In this document: positions 36,429 to 46,600 of the stretch, piece by piece
Layout of the letters: every line of letters starts with the position of its first letter
Numbering within the stretch: the first letter of the stretch is position 1
NCBI GenBank assembly: GCA_023261645.1
Contig: JAHFOO010000005.1
Location: forward strand, 1,565-65,564
Source of the DNA: Candidatus Moraniibacteriota bacterium
GTDB lineage: Bacteria > Patescibacteriota > Minisyncoccia > Moranbacterales > UBA1568
Reading direction: 5' to 3'
DNA length: 64,000 nucleotides
Position numbers and translations under genes: made by a program
The notes under the pieces: model-generated
Told to the model about the DNA's origin: nothing
Seen by the model: only the letters and a program-made list of their open reading frames with translations
Database searches by the model: none

Positions 36429-38609
36429 TTACTTGGCAGTACCGAAAACCATTCCGGCAAATACGTCGGTTTTCAGATCGGTTTCAAGTTTCCACTGTCG
36501 ACTGTACGGTATCAGATTTCCGCTCGTCTGCCAAACCGGCTCAATTCCGTACGGAAACAATACAGACGAGGAGAGTTTGCTCCCCAATGATCCTGATTGC
36601 TTCTGATACAGTATCGCGTAGGAATCAGCTCCGCCTTGGCGAATCTGATTCATATCGATAGTAAACGGCAATCGGTAGCGATACTCGACTGTGACAGATT
36701 CTTGCGGACTGACATACACCCACGCTCCGAAAACAGTTTTCCCTGCATCTTGATACACACGTGTTCCACTCTTTTCATCGATAGAGAGAGAATTTTCTTC
36801 ACGCTCCACGTCGGCATCCCGTTTGAAACCAAGTGCCTGATAATCAAGTGGCGCTTCCGGGAATTCCCACGTAGCTCCCTGTGCCGATAAAAGTTTGGAA
36901 CCTTCCGGAACATAGACACGCATATAATCAGCGTTTACTTTGTTCCACCATATGTACGGAGTGTTGCCACCGCGATGTGTACGTGTGATAGCGACCGTAT
37001 CTATGATAGAACCATCCGTACCGATCTCAGCCGTATGTTTGATCGTCTCATCTATCACGCCGTCCGTTTTGTATCCATTGATATTGGTATTGATGACGGA
37101 AAGATAATCTTTGGACGTAGGGAGTACTCGTCCAGACCAACCCGCTTCATCGATCAATGCCTCTGTCTCCGGGTGACGCATATAAAGAAGCATCTGTTTT
37201 TCATTCAGACCTTTCACAAGTGCGTTCGCTATCCTGTACAGAGTCACCTTGTCTTGTGATGCGAACACTTTCTCGATCAAAAGAGTCGTCAAATCAGCAA
37301 GTACTTTCTTTGGTTGATTCTCCTCTTTATCATATTTCGTCTCCACCTGCTCTTGGATGATCGGAATGAAATTATCGGCATCCACCGTAAGACCATATTG
37401 AGGGAGCGTAATCGGTCCGGTCACAGAAAGCAATTGTTGCATCACTGTCGGCGTCAGTGTGATCACACCATCGACTGTCGGCCCCCCTGTCTTCTCATAG
37501 AAGAAAATCGCTTTTTCGGCAGACATCGGGAAATCCGGAAACCAATTGCTATCATGCAGACTCCAGGCAGCACTCACCTTCTGTATGGCTTTTGGTGGAA
37601 CGATGTTTTCTTTCAATTGACCGTCAGGGTTGAAAATCCCATCGACGAAAAAGCGACGGACAACACCATCATTCACATCCATCAGCGCATATGTACCGAT
37701 GAAGCCACCTGTAGCACGCATTTCCTGATTATTCTGCAGAAGGAAAAGATATTTTCGAGGACCATTCCCGCCGAGAAGTTCTTCGAAAAGCGCTTCATGT
37801 TGATTGAAATTCCCGATGAGACCGATGAGCGTGGGAAGACTTTTGCGAACCAGTAGGAACTTCTCCTGCTTGTCTTCCGGAACACTTTTTATATCGACTC
37901 CTTTCAGCGCTTGGTTCCCCGCCTCAAGTTCCGTAAGCGTCTCTTTTAAAGGCGTTTTGACTCGAGACAAAAAATCAAGGAGCGAAATCATATTTCCTTG
38001 CGCGTAGGCTTCTTTGGAGAGTGTAAAATCCGCCGTAATTTTATTGAGAGAAATCCCTGCCAAGGCAAAATGTTTTCCTGCTTCCAAAGCAGATTTTCCG
38101 GAAGCTATCTTGGAGAGTCCTGGCACGAATCGCGTGAGAGTAAGCATTGGCCCTCCCCAAGAAGAAAGACTCTCCGTGCCGTGTGAAAATGATTGGTAGG
38201 CATCATTGAATTGAGACAGCGACTCGCTCCATTGCTCGGATCGGATGCTCTCTACAGCCGAGGCAAGGTCTTCATATCCTTGTTCGCCATCTGCGAGTAC
38301 CACATTCTTCACATTCTGAGCCCTATATATCATGAATGCTATGCCTATCCCCGCACAAAGGAACAAAAGAAACACAAGAAAAATATGTTTCTTCATCATC
38401 GATGGAAATGATCGCTTCTTCATCGAGCGTTGCAAAGACCACTTCAAATGCTCCGGCTCAAATCGTGGCATAGGTGCTCCGAAGAAAAGAGGAGCGGACT
38501 GAGTATTTGTCTGCTTGTATTCCATTTTTGGTCGCACAGAAACCTCCGGACGAGGAACGAATCGGATATCGGAAAGCTGTGAGGATTGCCGTTTGAAAGG
38601 AGAAGGCAT
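36429..38609 (-). CDS. DUF4012 domain-containing membrane-anchored protein
   Basis: 726 aa with one TM helix and an MRATGGFIGTYA motif typical of DUF4012. Confidence 0.6.
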   Translation of the reverse strand: MPSPFKRQSSQLSDIRFVPRPEVSVRPKMEYKQTNTQSAPLFFGAPMPRFEPEHLKWSLQRSMKKRSFPSMMKKHIFLVFLLFLCAGIGIAFMIYRAQNVKNVVLADGEQGYEDLASAVESIRSEQWSESLSQFNDAYQSFSHGTESLSSWGGPMLTLTRFVPGLSKIASGKSALEAGKHFALAGISLNKITADFTLSKEAYAQGNMISLLDFLSRVKTPLKETLTELEAGNQALKGVDIKSVPEDKQEKFLLVRKSLPTLIGLIGNFNQHEALFEELLGGNGPRKYLFLLQNNQEMRATGGFIGTYALMDVNDGVVRRFFVDGIFNPDGQLKENIVPPKAIQKVSAAWSLHDSNWFPDFPMSAEKAIFFYEKTGGPTVDGVITLTPTVMQQLLSVTGPITLPQYGLTVDADNFIPIIQEQVETKYDKEENQPKKVLADLTTLLIEKVFASQDKVTLYRIANALVKGLNEKQMLLYMRHPETEALIDEAGWSGRVLPTSKDYLSVINTNINGYKTDGVIDETIKHTAEIGTDGSIIDTVAITRTHRGGNTPYIWWNKVNADYMRVYVPEGSKLLSAQGATWEFPEAPLDYQALGFKRDADVEREENSLSIDEKSGTRVYQDAGKTVFGAWVYVSPQESVTVEYRYRLPFTIDMNQIRQGGADSYAILYQKQSGSLGSKLSSSVLFPYGIEPVWQTSGNLIPYSRQWKLETDLKTDVFAGMVFGTAK

Positions 38610-38616
38610 ATTGTTT

Positions 38617-39795
38617 TTACTCTTTGTTTTTGATGCTCTGTGTGTAGATTCTCAATGTTTCCTCTGCCATACGCTCAAAACTGTATATACGGGTTCGGAT
38701 ATACCCGCGCTGTATGCACTGCTTTCGTACCGTTTCTGAGTAAAGCACTTCGGTCAGCCTCTCTTCCAACGATTTCTCTTTATGAGGGTCGAAATAGAGA
38801 GCGGCTTGACCGAGGATTTCCGGGAGCGAACCGGCTGAGGAGGCGAGTACAGGGATCCCTCGTGTCATCGCTTCGAGTGGTGGCAACCCGAATCCCTCAT
38901 AGAACGATGGGAAGATATAACATACGGCAAAACGATAGAGAGAACTCAATTCGGAATCATCGACAAATCCTGTAAAAATAATATTCCGTATCTTCTGTTC
39001 CTCCGCCATTTTCTTCAAACGAGCATAGAAATAGTCTTCTTTGCCGACCAAGACGAATTCATACAGAGGAAATTTCGGAGCTATTTTCAAAAGAGCTTCC
39101 AGATTCTTGTGCGGATACGCATTGCCAACATACAAGAGATACGGCTTCAGTATATCACGCACTCCTTCTTTCTTTGTATCGGACGACGACACTTGTGATA
39201 ATCCGAATCTATCGAAAAGTAGCTTCTCTTTCTCCGGAGGCAAAAATTGACACCAAGGATCGGCCGCCTCATATGTCACTGATATTTTTCCTCGAGCGCG
39301 AGGGTACTCTGTGAGAATATCCTCCGCTGTAAACTGCGATACAGTGATGATGTGTTCGGCACGATAGATGGCACAAGCGATGATGAAACGATAAGCGAAA
39401 AACTTCATCCTGTAGAAAGTCCCTGAATGCGTGGTATTTTGAAGTGTCGGATAATGGAGCAATATCAGATCATGAATGGTAACCACGAATTTCTTCGGGT
39501 ACAGAAACGGAACATTGAAGTGAGGAAAGTGAACCAGATCCAATCGAAAGGAAAGGAGTTGGAGCGGGAAAAAAATCTGTTCCGAAAAGCTGTACCACGG
39601 ATATTCTGCCAAAACTTTCTTGAAATGTCCATTCCTCGGTACATAGTCATCAAAATTCTCCCGTAATAGAAAAATGATGTACTCATTCTCCGTATCCAGA
39701 GTTTCCAGACGCTCGATAAGTTTCTCAGTATAACGACCGAGTCCCTTGCCGATCGAACCATAAAATCGGGCATCGATACCTATTCGCATATTCAA
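38617..39795 (-). CDS. glycosyltransferase family 4
   Basis: Motif EGFGLPPLEAMTRGIPVLAS. Confidence 0.8.
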   Translation of the reverse strand: MNMRIGIDARFYGSIGKGLGRYTEKLIERLETLDTENEYIIFLLRENFDDYVPRNGHFKKVLAEYPWYSFSEQIFFPLQLLSFRLDLVHFPHFNVPFLYPKKFVVTIHDLILLHYPTLQNTTHSGTFYRMKFFAYRFIIACAIYRAEHIITVSQFTAEDILTEYPRARGKISVTYEAADPWCQFLPPEKEKLLFDRFGLSQVSSSDTKKEGVRDILKPYLLYVGNAYPHKNLEALLKIAPKFPLYEFVLVGKEDYFYARLKKMAEEQKIRNIIFTGFVDDSELSSLYRFAVCYIFPSFYEGFGLPPLEAMTRGIPVLASSAGSLPEILGQAALYFDPHKEKSLEERLTEVLYSETVRKQCIQRGYIRTRIYSFERMAEETLRIYTQSIKNKE

Positions 39796-39854
39796 GTGAA
39801 CATCATTTAATCTTTGTCTCTCTCAAAAGAATGGCGTCTCCAAACTGAAACATA

Positions 39855-40520
39855 TCAATCGATGCAGTACAAAAGAAGTGCTTGTGAAGCGAGGATCTTG
39901 AACATTTCCACATCCTCTATCTGATTTGTCGCTTTGGGAAAGATAATATACACGGCTATATTCTTCGCTTTTCGAGGAGAACGTACGACCGCACAGTCGG
40001 TATTTTCCCAAAATATCTTTTTGGATACCAAAAGTTTCTTCGCATCAAAAAAATCGAACTTTTCAGAAGACCCTCTCTCTATTATTTTCTCCAATTGCGC
40101 TGTTTTCGTATTGACGAAACGGAGCGAAACCGATTCTCCTTTAGAAAGAAGCTGTATCGCCTGAATGATGGACTGGAACATCTCCGGCTCTTTCTTGGCC
40201 AATGCATCGGAAGTATCTTCCGGAAGACGAAAGATGAGGTTTTTTACGATATCGAACTTACGATTCATCCCGCCGATATACGAATATGAATCTGACAAAT
40301 CTTTCGTGATATCGTTGGTTTTTCTCTGAAGGTGAAGCTTTTCTCGGAAAACTTTCAACAATGCTTTCTCTTTCGCCAAATACAAAATAAAGGCGAGGAT
40401 ACCGAAAAAAAGTATGATGAGTGATTCCACATCTTCTTCACGAAGAAAAAGGAACCCATCCTGAATGATTTTCGGTGTGAAGACGATAAAAACGAAGAGA
40501 GCGAGATAAATCCAATACAT
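39855..40520 (-). CDS. hypothetical membrane protein (two N-terminal TM helices)
   Basis: 221-aa ORF with no recognisable motif. Confidence 0.4.
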   Translation of the reverse strand: MYWIYLALFVFIVFTPKIIQDGFLFLREEDVESLIILFFGILAFILYLAKEKALLKVFREKLHLQRKTNDITKDLSDSYSYIGGMNRKFDIVKNLIFRLPEDTSDALAKKEPEMFQSIIQAIQLLSKGESVSLRFVNTKTAQLEKIIERGSSEKFDFFDAKKLLVSKKIFWENTDCAVVRSPRKAKNIAVYIIFPKATNQIEDVEMFKILASQALLLYCID

Positions 40521-40576
40521 AGCATCAATGAGTCAGAGAATTACCAAGAAAAAACTTTTCAGATGAATCTTTTAAA

Positions 40577-41464
40577 CTAGAGCGAAAGTCCTTTCAAATA
40601 CGCACGGAATTTTTCTCCTATTTCCGGGTGCTTCAATCCGAAATGAATTGTTGTCTTCAGGAAATTGAACTTGTCTCCCGTATCGAGCCATTCCCCTTCC
40701 AGTGTCCGTCCGTGTATCGGCAGTCCTTTCTCGAGCATATTATCAAAGGCGTCTGCGAGACGGATTTCGCCGGATTTCCCTGATTCCATTCCTGCAAGTA
40801 CTTTGAACACATCGTTGGTGATGATATATTTTCCTACAGCTACCGATCGGCTCGGAGCATCCTCTGGTTTCGGCTTCTCCACTATGCGCGTCACCTTCCA
40901 ATCACTCTCACTGACCTTCTCACCGGCGACGACACCGAATTTCGATACGTCTTCCAGAGCTACTTCGGAAAGTCCGATAATCGGTGTCTGATATTTCTCA
41001 TACGCCTCGATCAACTGACGCGAGGCAGGAACTTCGCTATCATAGATACAGTCACCGAAAATCACCAACACGGACTCGTCGTCGTCAATCAAATGTGCTG
41101 CCTGCAAAAGAGCATGTCCATCTCCCAAAGGGATAGGCTGACGCACATAAGAAAACTTTGCAAGCGTCGATATTTTTTGGACGACCTCGAGGAGATCCTG
41201 CTTGTTCTTTTCTACAAGAGTATCTTCCAATTCATAAGAAACATCAAAATGGTCTTCTATAGCCCGCTTACCTCGACCCGTCACGAAGATGATTTCTTCG
41301 ATACCGGAAGCTACTGCTTCTTCCACGAGATACTGTACGACCGGCTTATCGACGACAGGAAGCATTTCTTTCGGTTGAGCTTTGGTGGCCGGCAAGAAAC
41401 GTGTTCCGAAACCGGCGACCGGCAGAATGGCTTTTTTGATTTTTCGCTGTGGTATACCATGCAT
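40577..41464 (-). CDS. galU: UTP--glucose-1-phosphate uridylyltransferase
   Basis: Motif AILPVAGFGTRFLPATKAQPKEMLPVVDKPVVQY. Confidence 0.85.
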   Translation of the reverse strand: MHGIPQRKIKKAILPVAGFGTRFLPATKAQPKEMLPVVDKPVVQYLVEEAVASGIEEIIFVTGRGKRAIEDHFDVSYELEDTLVEKNKQDLLEVVQKISTLAKFSYVRQPIPLGDGHALLQAAHLIDDDESVLVIFGDCIYDSEVPASRQLIEAYEKYQTPIIGLSEVALEDVSKFGVVAGEKVSESDWKVTRIVEKPKPEDAPSRSVAVGKYIITNDVFKVLAGMESGKSGEIRLADAFDNMLEKGLPIHGRTLEGEWLDTGDKFNFLKTTIHFGLKHPEIGEKFRAYLKGLSL

Positions 41465-41481
41465 AATACGTGAAAAAAAAA

Positions 41482-42276
41482 TTATTTTTTAAGAGAAACT
41501 ACTTTCTTGAACTCTGTATTGAACTCGGCAATGGCTTCGTTGACCATCGGATGAAACCGGCTATGGAAGTCATGATCTCTTGCATACGAACCGGCCATAA
41601 ACAATGATTCATGCGTTCCGGTATCGAAATACGCTCCATCTATCACTCGTACATCGAGCATCTTCTTCTTCAAATAGTGCTTATGCAAATCAGTGATTTC
41701 CAATTCGCCTCGCTTTGATGGCTTGAGTTTTTTTGCCACCTCCACGACATCCTTATCAAAAATATAGATTCCCGGGATAGCGAACTGACTTTTCGGCACA
41801 ACTGGTTTTTCTTCGATAGAAATGACTTCGTAGTTTTTATTGAATTCCACTACTCCGAAACGCTCGGGGTCCGGCACCTCCTTGGCAAAAATACGTCCCC
41901 CCGATTCGAATGTCTGAATCGCTTCACTGAAATCATCCTCAAAAATATTGTCTCCCAAAACAAGCACTGTGGATTCATTGTCAATGAAGTCTTCGGCAAG
42001 AACAAAGGCATCAGCGATCCCACGTGGCTGTTTCTGTACTACAAAAGAAATATTCACTCCGAATTTGCGGAACATCGAGCCGAGAAGGTTCAAAAAATGC
42101 CCGGAATGATCAGGTGCGACAATGATGAGAATGTCTCTGATACCGGCCTTGATGAGCGTGTTGAGCGGATAAAAGATCATTGGCCGATCATACACCGGCA
42201 AAAGTTGTTTCGAGGTAATGGCGGTCAATGGCAACAGCCGTGTTCCTGTTCCACCGGCAAGAAGAATACCTTTCAT
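41482..42276 (-). CDS. rmlA: glucose-1-phosphate thymidylyltransferase (short form)
   Basis: Motif MKGILLAGGTGTRLLPLTAITSKQLLPVYDRPMIFY. Confidence 0.8.
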   Translation of the reverse strand: MKGILLAGGTGTRLLPLTAITSKQLLPVYDRPMIFYPLNTLIKAGIRDILIIVAPDHSGHFLNLLGSMFRKFGVNISFVVQKQPRGIADAFVLAEDFIDNESTVLVLGDNIFEDDFSEAIQTFESGGRIFAKEVPDPERFGVVEFNKNYEVISIEEKPVVPKSQFAIPGIYIFDKDVVEVAKKLKPSKRGELEITDLHKHYLKKKMLDVRVIDGAYFDTGTHESLFMAGSYARDHDFHSRFHPMVNEAIAEFNTEFKKVVSLKK

Positions 42277-42293
42277 AATGGTTCGTAAGGAAA

Positions 42294-43556
42294 TTATTTT
42301 TTATACGCAGGGAAAGCATGACAGAGCTTCCTTACGACAATCTTCACAGCCTTCAATATCTTGGTATCACCACCCGAGGAAAGTGTCATATGAATACAGT
42401 CAGCTATCACTTTGACTTCCTTCTCTCGGAGTCCTCGTGTCGTGATGGCCGGTACGCCGATCCGTACACCGCTCGGATCCATCGGTCCACGCGGATCATC
42501 AGGAATGACATTCTTGTTCACCGTAATACCGACAGTATCCAGCAATTTCTCAGCAACTTTGCCGGAAATACCGTAGCTTTCCACAACATCGAGCATAATC
42601 ATATGATTATCCGTACCGCCGAAAAGCGGTTCTGCTCCGTACTTACGCATTTCCTTTTCGAGCATTTTCGCATTCTTCAAAACTTGTTTGGCATACTTTT
42701 TGAATTCCGGCTGAAGCGCCTCTCCGAAAGCCACTGCCTTGGCAGCGATCGTGTTCATCAGCGGTCCACCCTGAATCCCTGGGAATACGGCTCTGTCTAC
42801 CGCCTTGGCTAATTCTTTTTTGCACAGAATCATACCACCACGAGGACCACGAAGCGTCTTGTGTGTTGTTGTCGTGACGATATCGAAATATGGCACGGGG
42901 CTGGGCACGGATTTCCCTGCCACAAGTCCTGCGATATGTGCCATATCCATCATACAATAAGCACCGACTTTTTTTGCGATGGCGGCGAATTTCGCATAAT
43001 CCAGTTGCCGTGTATATGAGGAAAATCCAGCCAAAATCAATCGTGGCTTTTCCTTCAGTGCCTGCACTTCCAATTTTTTGTAATCGATAGTTCCATCCGG
43101 TTCCGTCTTGTACCCTACGAAATGATAGATCTGTGCCGGCAGAGTGAGAGGATGTCCGTGCGTCAGGTGTCCTCCGTGAGAAAGATCCATACCAAGGACC
43201 GTATCACCCGGTTTGAGTATCGCAGCGTATGCTGCCAGATTCGCCGGAGCTCCTGCGTGTGGTTGTACATTCGCATGTTCTGCTCCAAAAAGTTTCTTGG
43301 CCCGGTCGATAGCCAGTGTTTCTACAATATCGGTAAACTCCTGTCCGCCATAATAACGCCGACCAGGGTATCCTTCAGAATATTTATTGATAAAAACTGT
43401 TCCGAGCGCCTCGAGCACCGCGATAGACACATAGTTCTCTGATGCGATCATCTCAAATCCCTCTTCTTGTCTTTTCATTTCTCCTTTCAGCGCACCGTAT
43501 ACCTGTTTATCTCTCTTTTTGATAGACTCATATTTCATCATAATGTTTTTGTACAA
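42294..43556 (-). CDS. glyA: serine hydroxymethyltransferase
   Basis: 420 aa with the PLP-lysine region TTTTHKTLRGPRGG. Confidence 0.95.
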   Translation of the reverse strand: MYKNIMMKYESIKKRDKQVYGALKGEMKRQEEGFEMIASENYVSIAVLEALGTVFINKYSEGYPGRRYYGGQEFTDIVETLAIDRAKKLFGAEHANVQPHAGAPANLAAYAAILKPGDTVLGMDLSHGGHLTHGHPLTLPAQIYHFVGYKTEPDGTIDYKKLEVQALKEKPRLILAGFSSYTRQLDYAKFAAIAKKVGAYCMMDMAHIAGLVAGKSVPSPVPYFDIVTTTTHKTLRGPRGGMILCKKELAKAVDRAVFPGIQGGPLMNTIAAKAVAFGEALQPEFKKYAKQVLKNAKMLEKEMRKYGAEPLFGGTDNHMIMLDVVESYGISGKVAEKLLDTVGITVNKNVIPDDPRGPMDPSGVRIGVPAITTRGLREKEVKVIADCIHMTLSSGGDTKILKAVKIVVRKLCHAFPAYKK

Positions 43557-43595
43557 TTTCCAATTTATCCCATCAAACTCAACATCGAGAAAAAA

Positions 43596-44495
43596 TTATT
43601 CCATATGTGCGAGATATTCTTTGAGTGCTTCTTGATACCTTCGGAGGATCGGACGCTTCGTATTGAGAAGTACTGAACAATGAGGACGCTTAGCGGAACG
43701 AGGGAAAACATCACTTCCCACAGATTGTATTGTAGCTCCAATTTCGGCCTGTGTATAGAGCTCTTGCAGTGCTTCGTACCAGGTCGCGCTACCGCTATTC
43801 GGGAGATGATACACCCCGTAAGGAGCCTCGTCTTCTATGAGTGCTTTCGTCGCCTCTGCCAAATCGGGAGCGTAGGTGAAGCAACTTTTTTCATCGTCCA
43901 CCGCTTGCACGGACTCCTTGGTTTTCGCAATCATCAGCATCATATCAAAAAAGCTTTTTTTTGCGATAGCACTCATCGCCGGCTTACCGAACAGTTTCGA
44001 AAGTCGGATGATGTAACTTCTTCCGGCTTCTGCAAGGATATTTTTCTCTCCTGCCCACTTGCTTTCTCCATAACACGAAAGCGGTCTCGGCTCCGCATCT
44101 TCGGCATAACCCGATTCATTCGTTCCATCAAAAACATAGTCCGTCGAATAATGAACAAATATTCTGTCCGTTTTTTTGGCAAGATGTGCAAGAAATCCCG
44201 GAACTTCGGCATTGAGCACCATTGCCTTTCGATATTCTTCATCACTTTCCTCACATCTATCCACGGCATTGTAGGCGATGGCATTGATGATACTGTCTGG
44301 GGAAAGAATTCGAATCTTTTTCTCTGCCACAACAAAATCAGTCACATCGACGTCGTCAACGTCCCAGGCTGTTACAGTGTATTCTCCATCACGAGAAAAT
44401 GCTTGGACCAATTCCTGTCCCAACATTCCCTTTGCCCCGAGAATCAGAACTTTTTTATTTGCCATACTGTTTTTTGTAATATTCCTGATAATCAC
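43596..44495 (-). CDS. rmlD: dTDP-4-dehydrorhamnose reductase
   Basis: Rossmann motif KVLILGAKGMLGQEL with RmlD length. Confidence 0.8.
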   Translation of the reverse strand: MIIRNITKNSMANKKVLILGAKGMLGQELVQAFSRDGEYTVTAWDVDDVDVTDFVVAEKKIRILSPDSIINAIAYNAVDRCEESDEEYRKAMVLNAEVPGFLAHLAKKTDRIFVHYSTDYVFDGTNESGYAEDAEPRPLSCYGESKWAGEKNILAEAGRSYIIRLSKLFGKPAMSAIAKKSFFDMMLMIAKTKESVQAVDDEKSCFTYAPDLAEATKALIEDEAPYGVYHLPNSGSATWYEALQELYTQAEIGATIQSVGSDVFPRSAKRPHCSVLLNTKRPILRRYQEALKEYLAHME

Positions 44496-45459
44496 CGGAC
44501 TTCACGTTCTTCCACCATGACTCATTTTCTTGAAACCATACTACCGTTTTTTTGAGACCCTCTTCAAGCGTCACTTCCGGATGCCAACCGAGTTCATGTT
44601 CTATTTTCGAATAATCAATCGCGTAACGACGATCATGACCGGCTCGATCCTTCACGTATTCGATCATACTTTCATCTTTTCCAAGAAGTTCGAGAATTTT
44701 TTTCACAATCCATATATTTTCTCGTTCACTCTTTCCACCGATGCAGTATGTCTCCCCGATCACACCCGTATGAATAATGAGATCAATAGCCTTGCAGTGA
44801 TCCTCGACGTAGAGCCAATCACGCACCTGCAGCCCGTCACCATACACCGGAATCTGTTCACCACCTTCAAGAAGATTCGTGATAACAAGTGATATGAATT
44901 TCTCCGGATGTGCGAATGGCCCGTAATTATTGGAACAATTGGAAAGAGTGATCGGGAGAGCATACGTATGAAAGTATGAACGAACAAGATGATCGGAAGA
45001 TGCTTTGGAAGCGCTGTACGGACTCCGAGGGTCATATTTGGTATTCTCATCGAACGGGGCATCTTTCGGTCCCAAGGTACCAAATACCTCGTCTGTGGAG
45101 ATATGATGGAAACGTTTATTATACTTACGAGCCGCTTCAAGGAGCACGAATGTTCCCTTGATATTCGTATCAATAAAAACGTATGGGTTTGCGATGGAAC
45201 GATCGACATGTGATTCTGCGGCAAAATGCACCACGACATCAGACTCTGCCACGAGAGAATCGACGACGACACTGTCCGTTATGTCCCCCTTCACAAAACG
45301 ATACCGGGCATCATTCTCCCATATTCTGAGATTCTCCAAATTACCTGCGTACGTCAGAATATCCACATTGATTATTTGGTACTCCGGGTACTTTTTCAAA
45401 ATATGATGGATGAAATTCGATCCTATGAATCCGGCTCCTCCAGTAATAAGTAGCTTCAT
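44455..45459 (-). CDS. rmlB: dTDP-glucose 4,6-dehydratase
   Basis: MKLLITGGAGFIGSNF and a YxxxK SDR catalytic motif (YSASKAS). Confidence 0.9.
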   Translation of the reverse strand: MKLLITGGAGFIGSNFIHHILKKYPEYQIINVDILTYAGNLENLRIWENDARYRFVKGDITDSVVVDSLVAESDVVVHFAAESHVDRSIANPYVFIDTNIKGTFVLLEAARKYNKRFHHISTDEVFGTLGPKDAPFDENTKYDPRSPYSASKASSDHLVRSYFHTYALPITLSNCSNNYGPFAHPEKFISLVITNLLEGGEQIPVYGDGLQVRDWLYVEDHCKAIDLIIHTGVIGETYCIGGKSERENIWIVKKILELLGKDESMIEYVKDRAGHDRRYAIDYSKIEHELGWHPEVTLEEGLKKTVVWFQENESWWKNVKSGDYQEYYKKQYGK

Positions 45460-45473
45460 AACTTACAGTTTCA

Positions 45474-46040
45474 TTAGCTTATTAGCTTCTCAAAGAAATA
45501 TTCTCCTGGGATATCTTTCAGCAATGGATGTTCTCGATCTTTATCGGAGACCATCGGGCTCTCAATCCCCCACTGGATTTCCAGTGCCGGGTCGTTCCAT
45601 ATGACCCCACGCTCGTGTTCCTTGGAATAGATATTCGTACATTTATATTGAAAAAGTATGTCGTCTTCAAGCGCCAAAAATCCATGGGCGAATCCCTCCG
45701 GAATGAAAAATTGTCGATGATTCTCTCCGGAAAGTTCCACCGCCACTGATTTCCCGAATGTCGGTGATCCGTAGCGGATATCGAGAGCGATATCGAGCAC
45801 TTTTCCTCGGAGCACCTGCAGAAGTTTCGCCTGACCGAATGGCGGTACTTGATAATGCAGTCCACGAAGTACGCCTTTCTTGGAAGAAGAGAAATTGTCC
45901 TGTACGAAACGGGTATTGGTACCCAGGATTTCCTGATAACGTTTCTCTTGGAACGTTTCCACGAAGAAACCGCGCTCATCTGCAAACACATCCGGTTCGA
46001 TGATCATCACTCCCTCTAAAAATGTTTTTTCCATCTTCAT
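45474..46040 (-). CDS. rmlC: dTDP-4-dehydrorhamnose 3,5-epimerase
   Basis: Cupin fold with RGLHYQ...FVQDN. The start was reset to MKMEKT to clear the upstream terminator hairpin. Confidence 0.85.
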   Translation of the reverse strand: MKMEKTFLEGVMIIEPDVFADERGFFVETFQEKRYQEILGTNTRFVQDNFSSSKKGVLRGLHYQVPPFGQAKLLQVLRGKVLDIALDIRYGSPTFGKSVAVELSGENHRQFFIPEGFAHGFLALEDDILFQYKCTNIYSKEHERGVIWNDPALEIQWGIESPMVSDKDREHPLLKDIPGEYFFEKLIS

Positions 46041-46070
46041 ATCTCTATTATAAAATATCCTCTCAGTAAA

Positions 46071-46098
46071 AGCAAAAACCACCCGTTACGGGTGGTTT
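46071..46098 (-). terminator. Rho-independent terminator downstream of khpA
   Basis: Perfect hairpin AAACCACCCG-tta-CGGGTGGTTT, followed on the minus strand by a T-run (GGGTGGTTTTTGC). Confidence 0.7.
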
Positions 46099-46112
46099 GC
46101 GAAATATTTCTA

Positions 46113-46502
46113 CTAGATTTGAATATCGTTCATCACATCATCAAGCGTCTTCTTTTCTTCTACGGGCTTCGGCGCTTCAGCAGTTACAGGAGATGCGAAG
46201 GAAGTATTTTCACGAGCTTCGCGAGGTTCTCTCGGCGGTCGTTCGGATCCTTCCGGTTCATTGATCTTCAAATTCACACGAGCATTGTTACGAGCTCCTA
46301 TCACACGGAGAAGTGTCCGCAATGCTTTGGCAGTCATACCTTCACGGCCGATGACCATCCCCATATCCTTCGGGTTGACGTCGAGTGTTATGAGTACTCC
46401 CATTTCATCGATCTTCCTTTCCACCTTCACATCATCTGGATTATCCACGAGCATCTTCACTGCATACTCGATGAAATCCTTGTCCTTCACATTATCTGTC
46501 AT
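46113..46502 (-). CDS. khpA: KH-domain RNA-binding protein KhpA with a C-terminal extension
   Basis: FIEYAVKMLVDNPDDVKVE...MGMVIGREGMTAKALRTLL (KH GxxG loop), followed by a charged, Pro-rich tail. Confidence 0.65.
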   Translation of the reverse strand: MTDNVKDKDFIEYAVKMLVDNPDDVKVERKIDEMGVLITLDVNPKDMGMVIGREGMTAKALRTLLRVIGARNNARVNLKINEPEGSERPPREPREARENTSFASPVTAEAPKPVEEKKTLDDVMNDIQI

Positions 46503-46600
46503 AAGACTTGATAGTACGGATTAAACATTACCGAAGAAGACTCACTATCTGCTTCTTGAATATACTATAACTTTTTTTCCTTGAGCATGCAAGTCTCACG

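Noticed and set aside
45474-46082. ORF-track start of rmlC at 46082
   Set aside because: That start codon lies inside the khpA terminator hairpin (46076-46098). The internal MKMEKT start at 46040 gives a canonical RmlC N-terminus.
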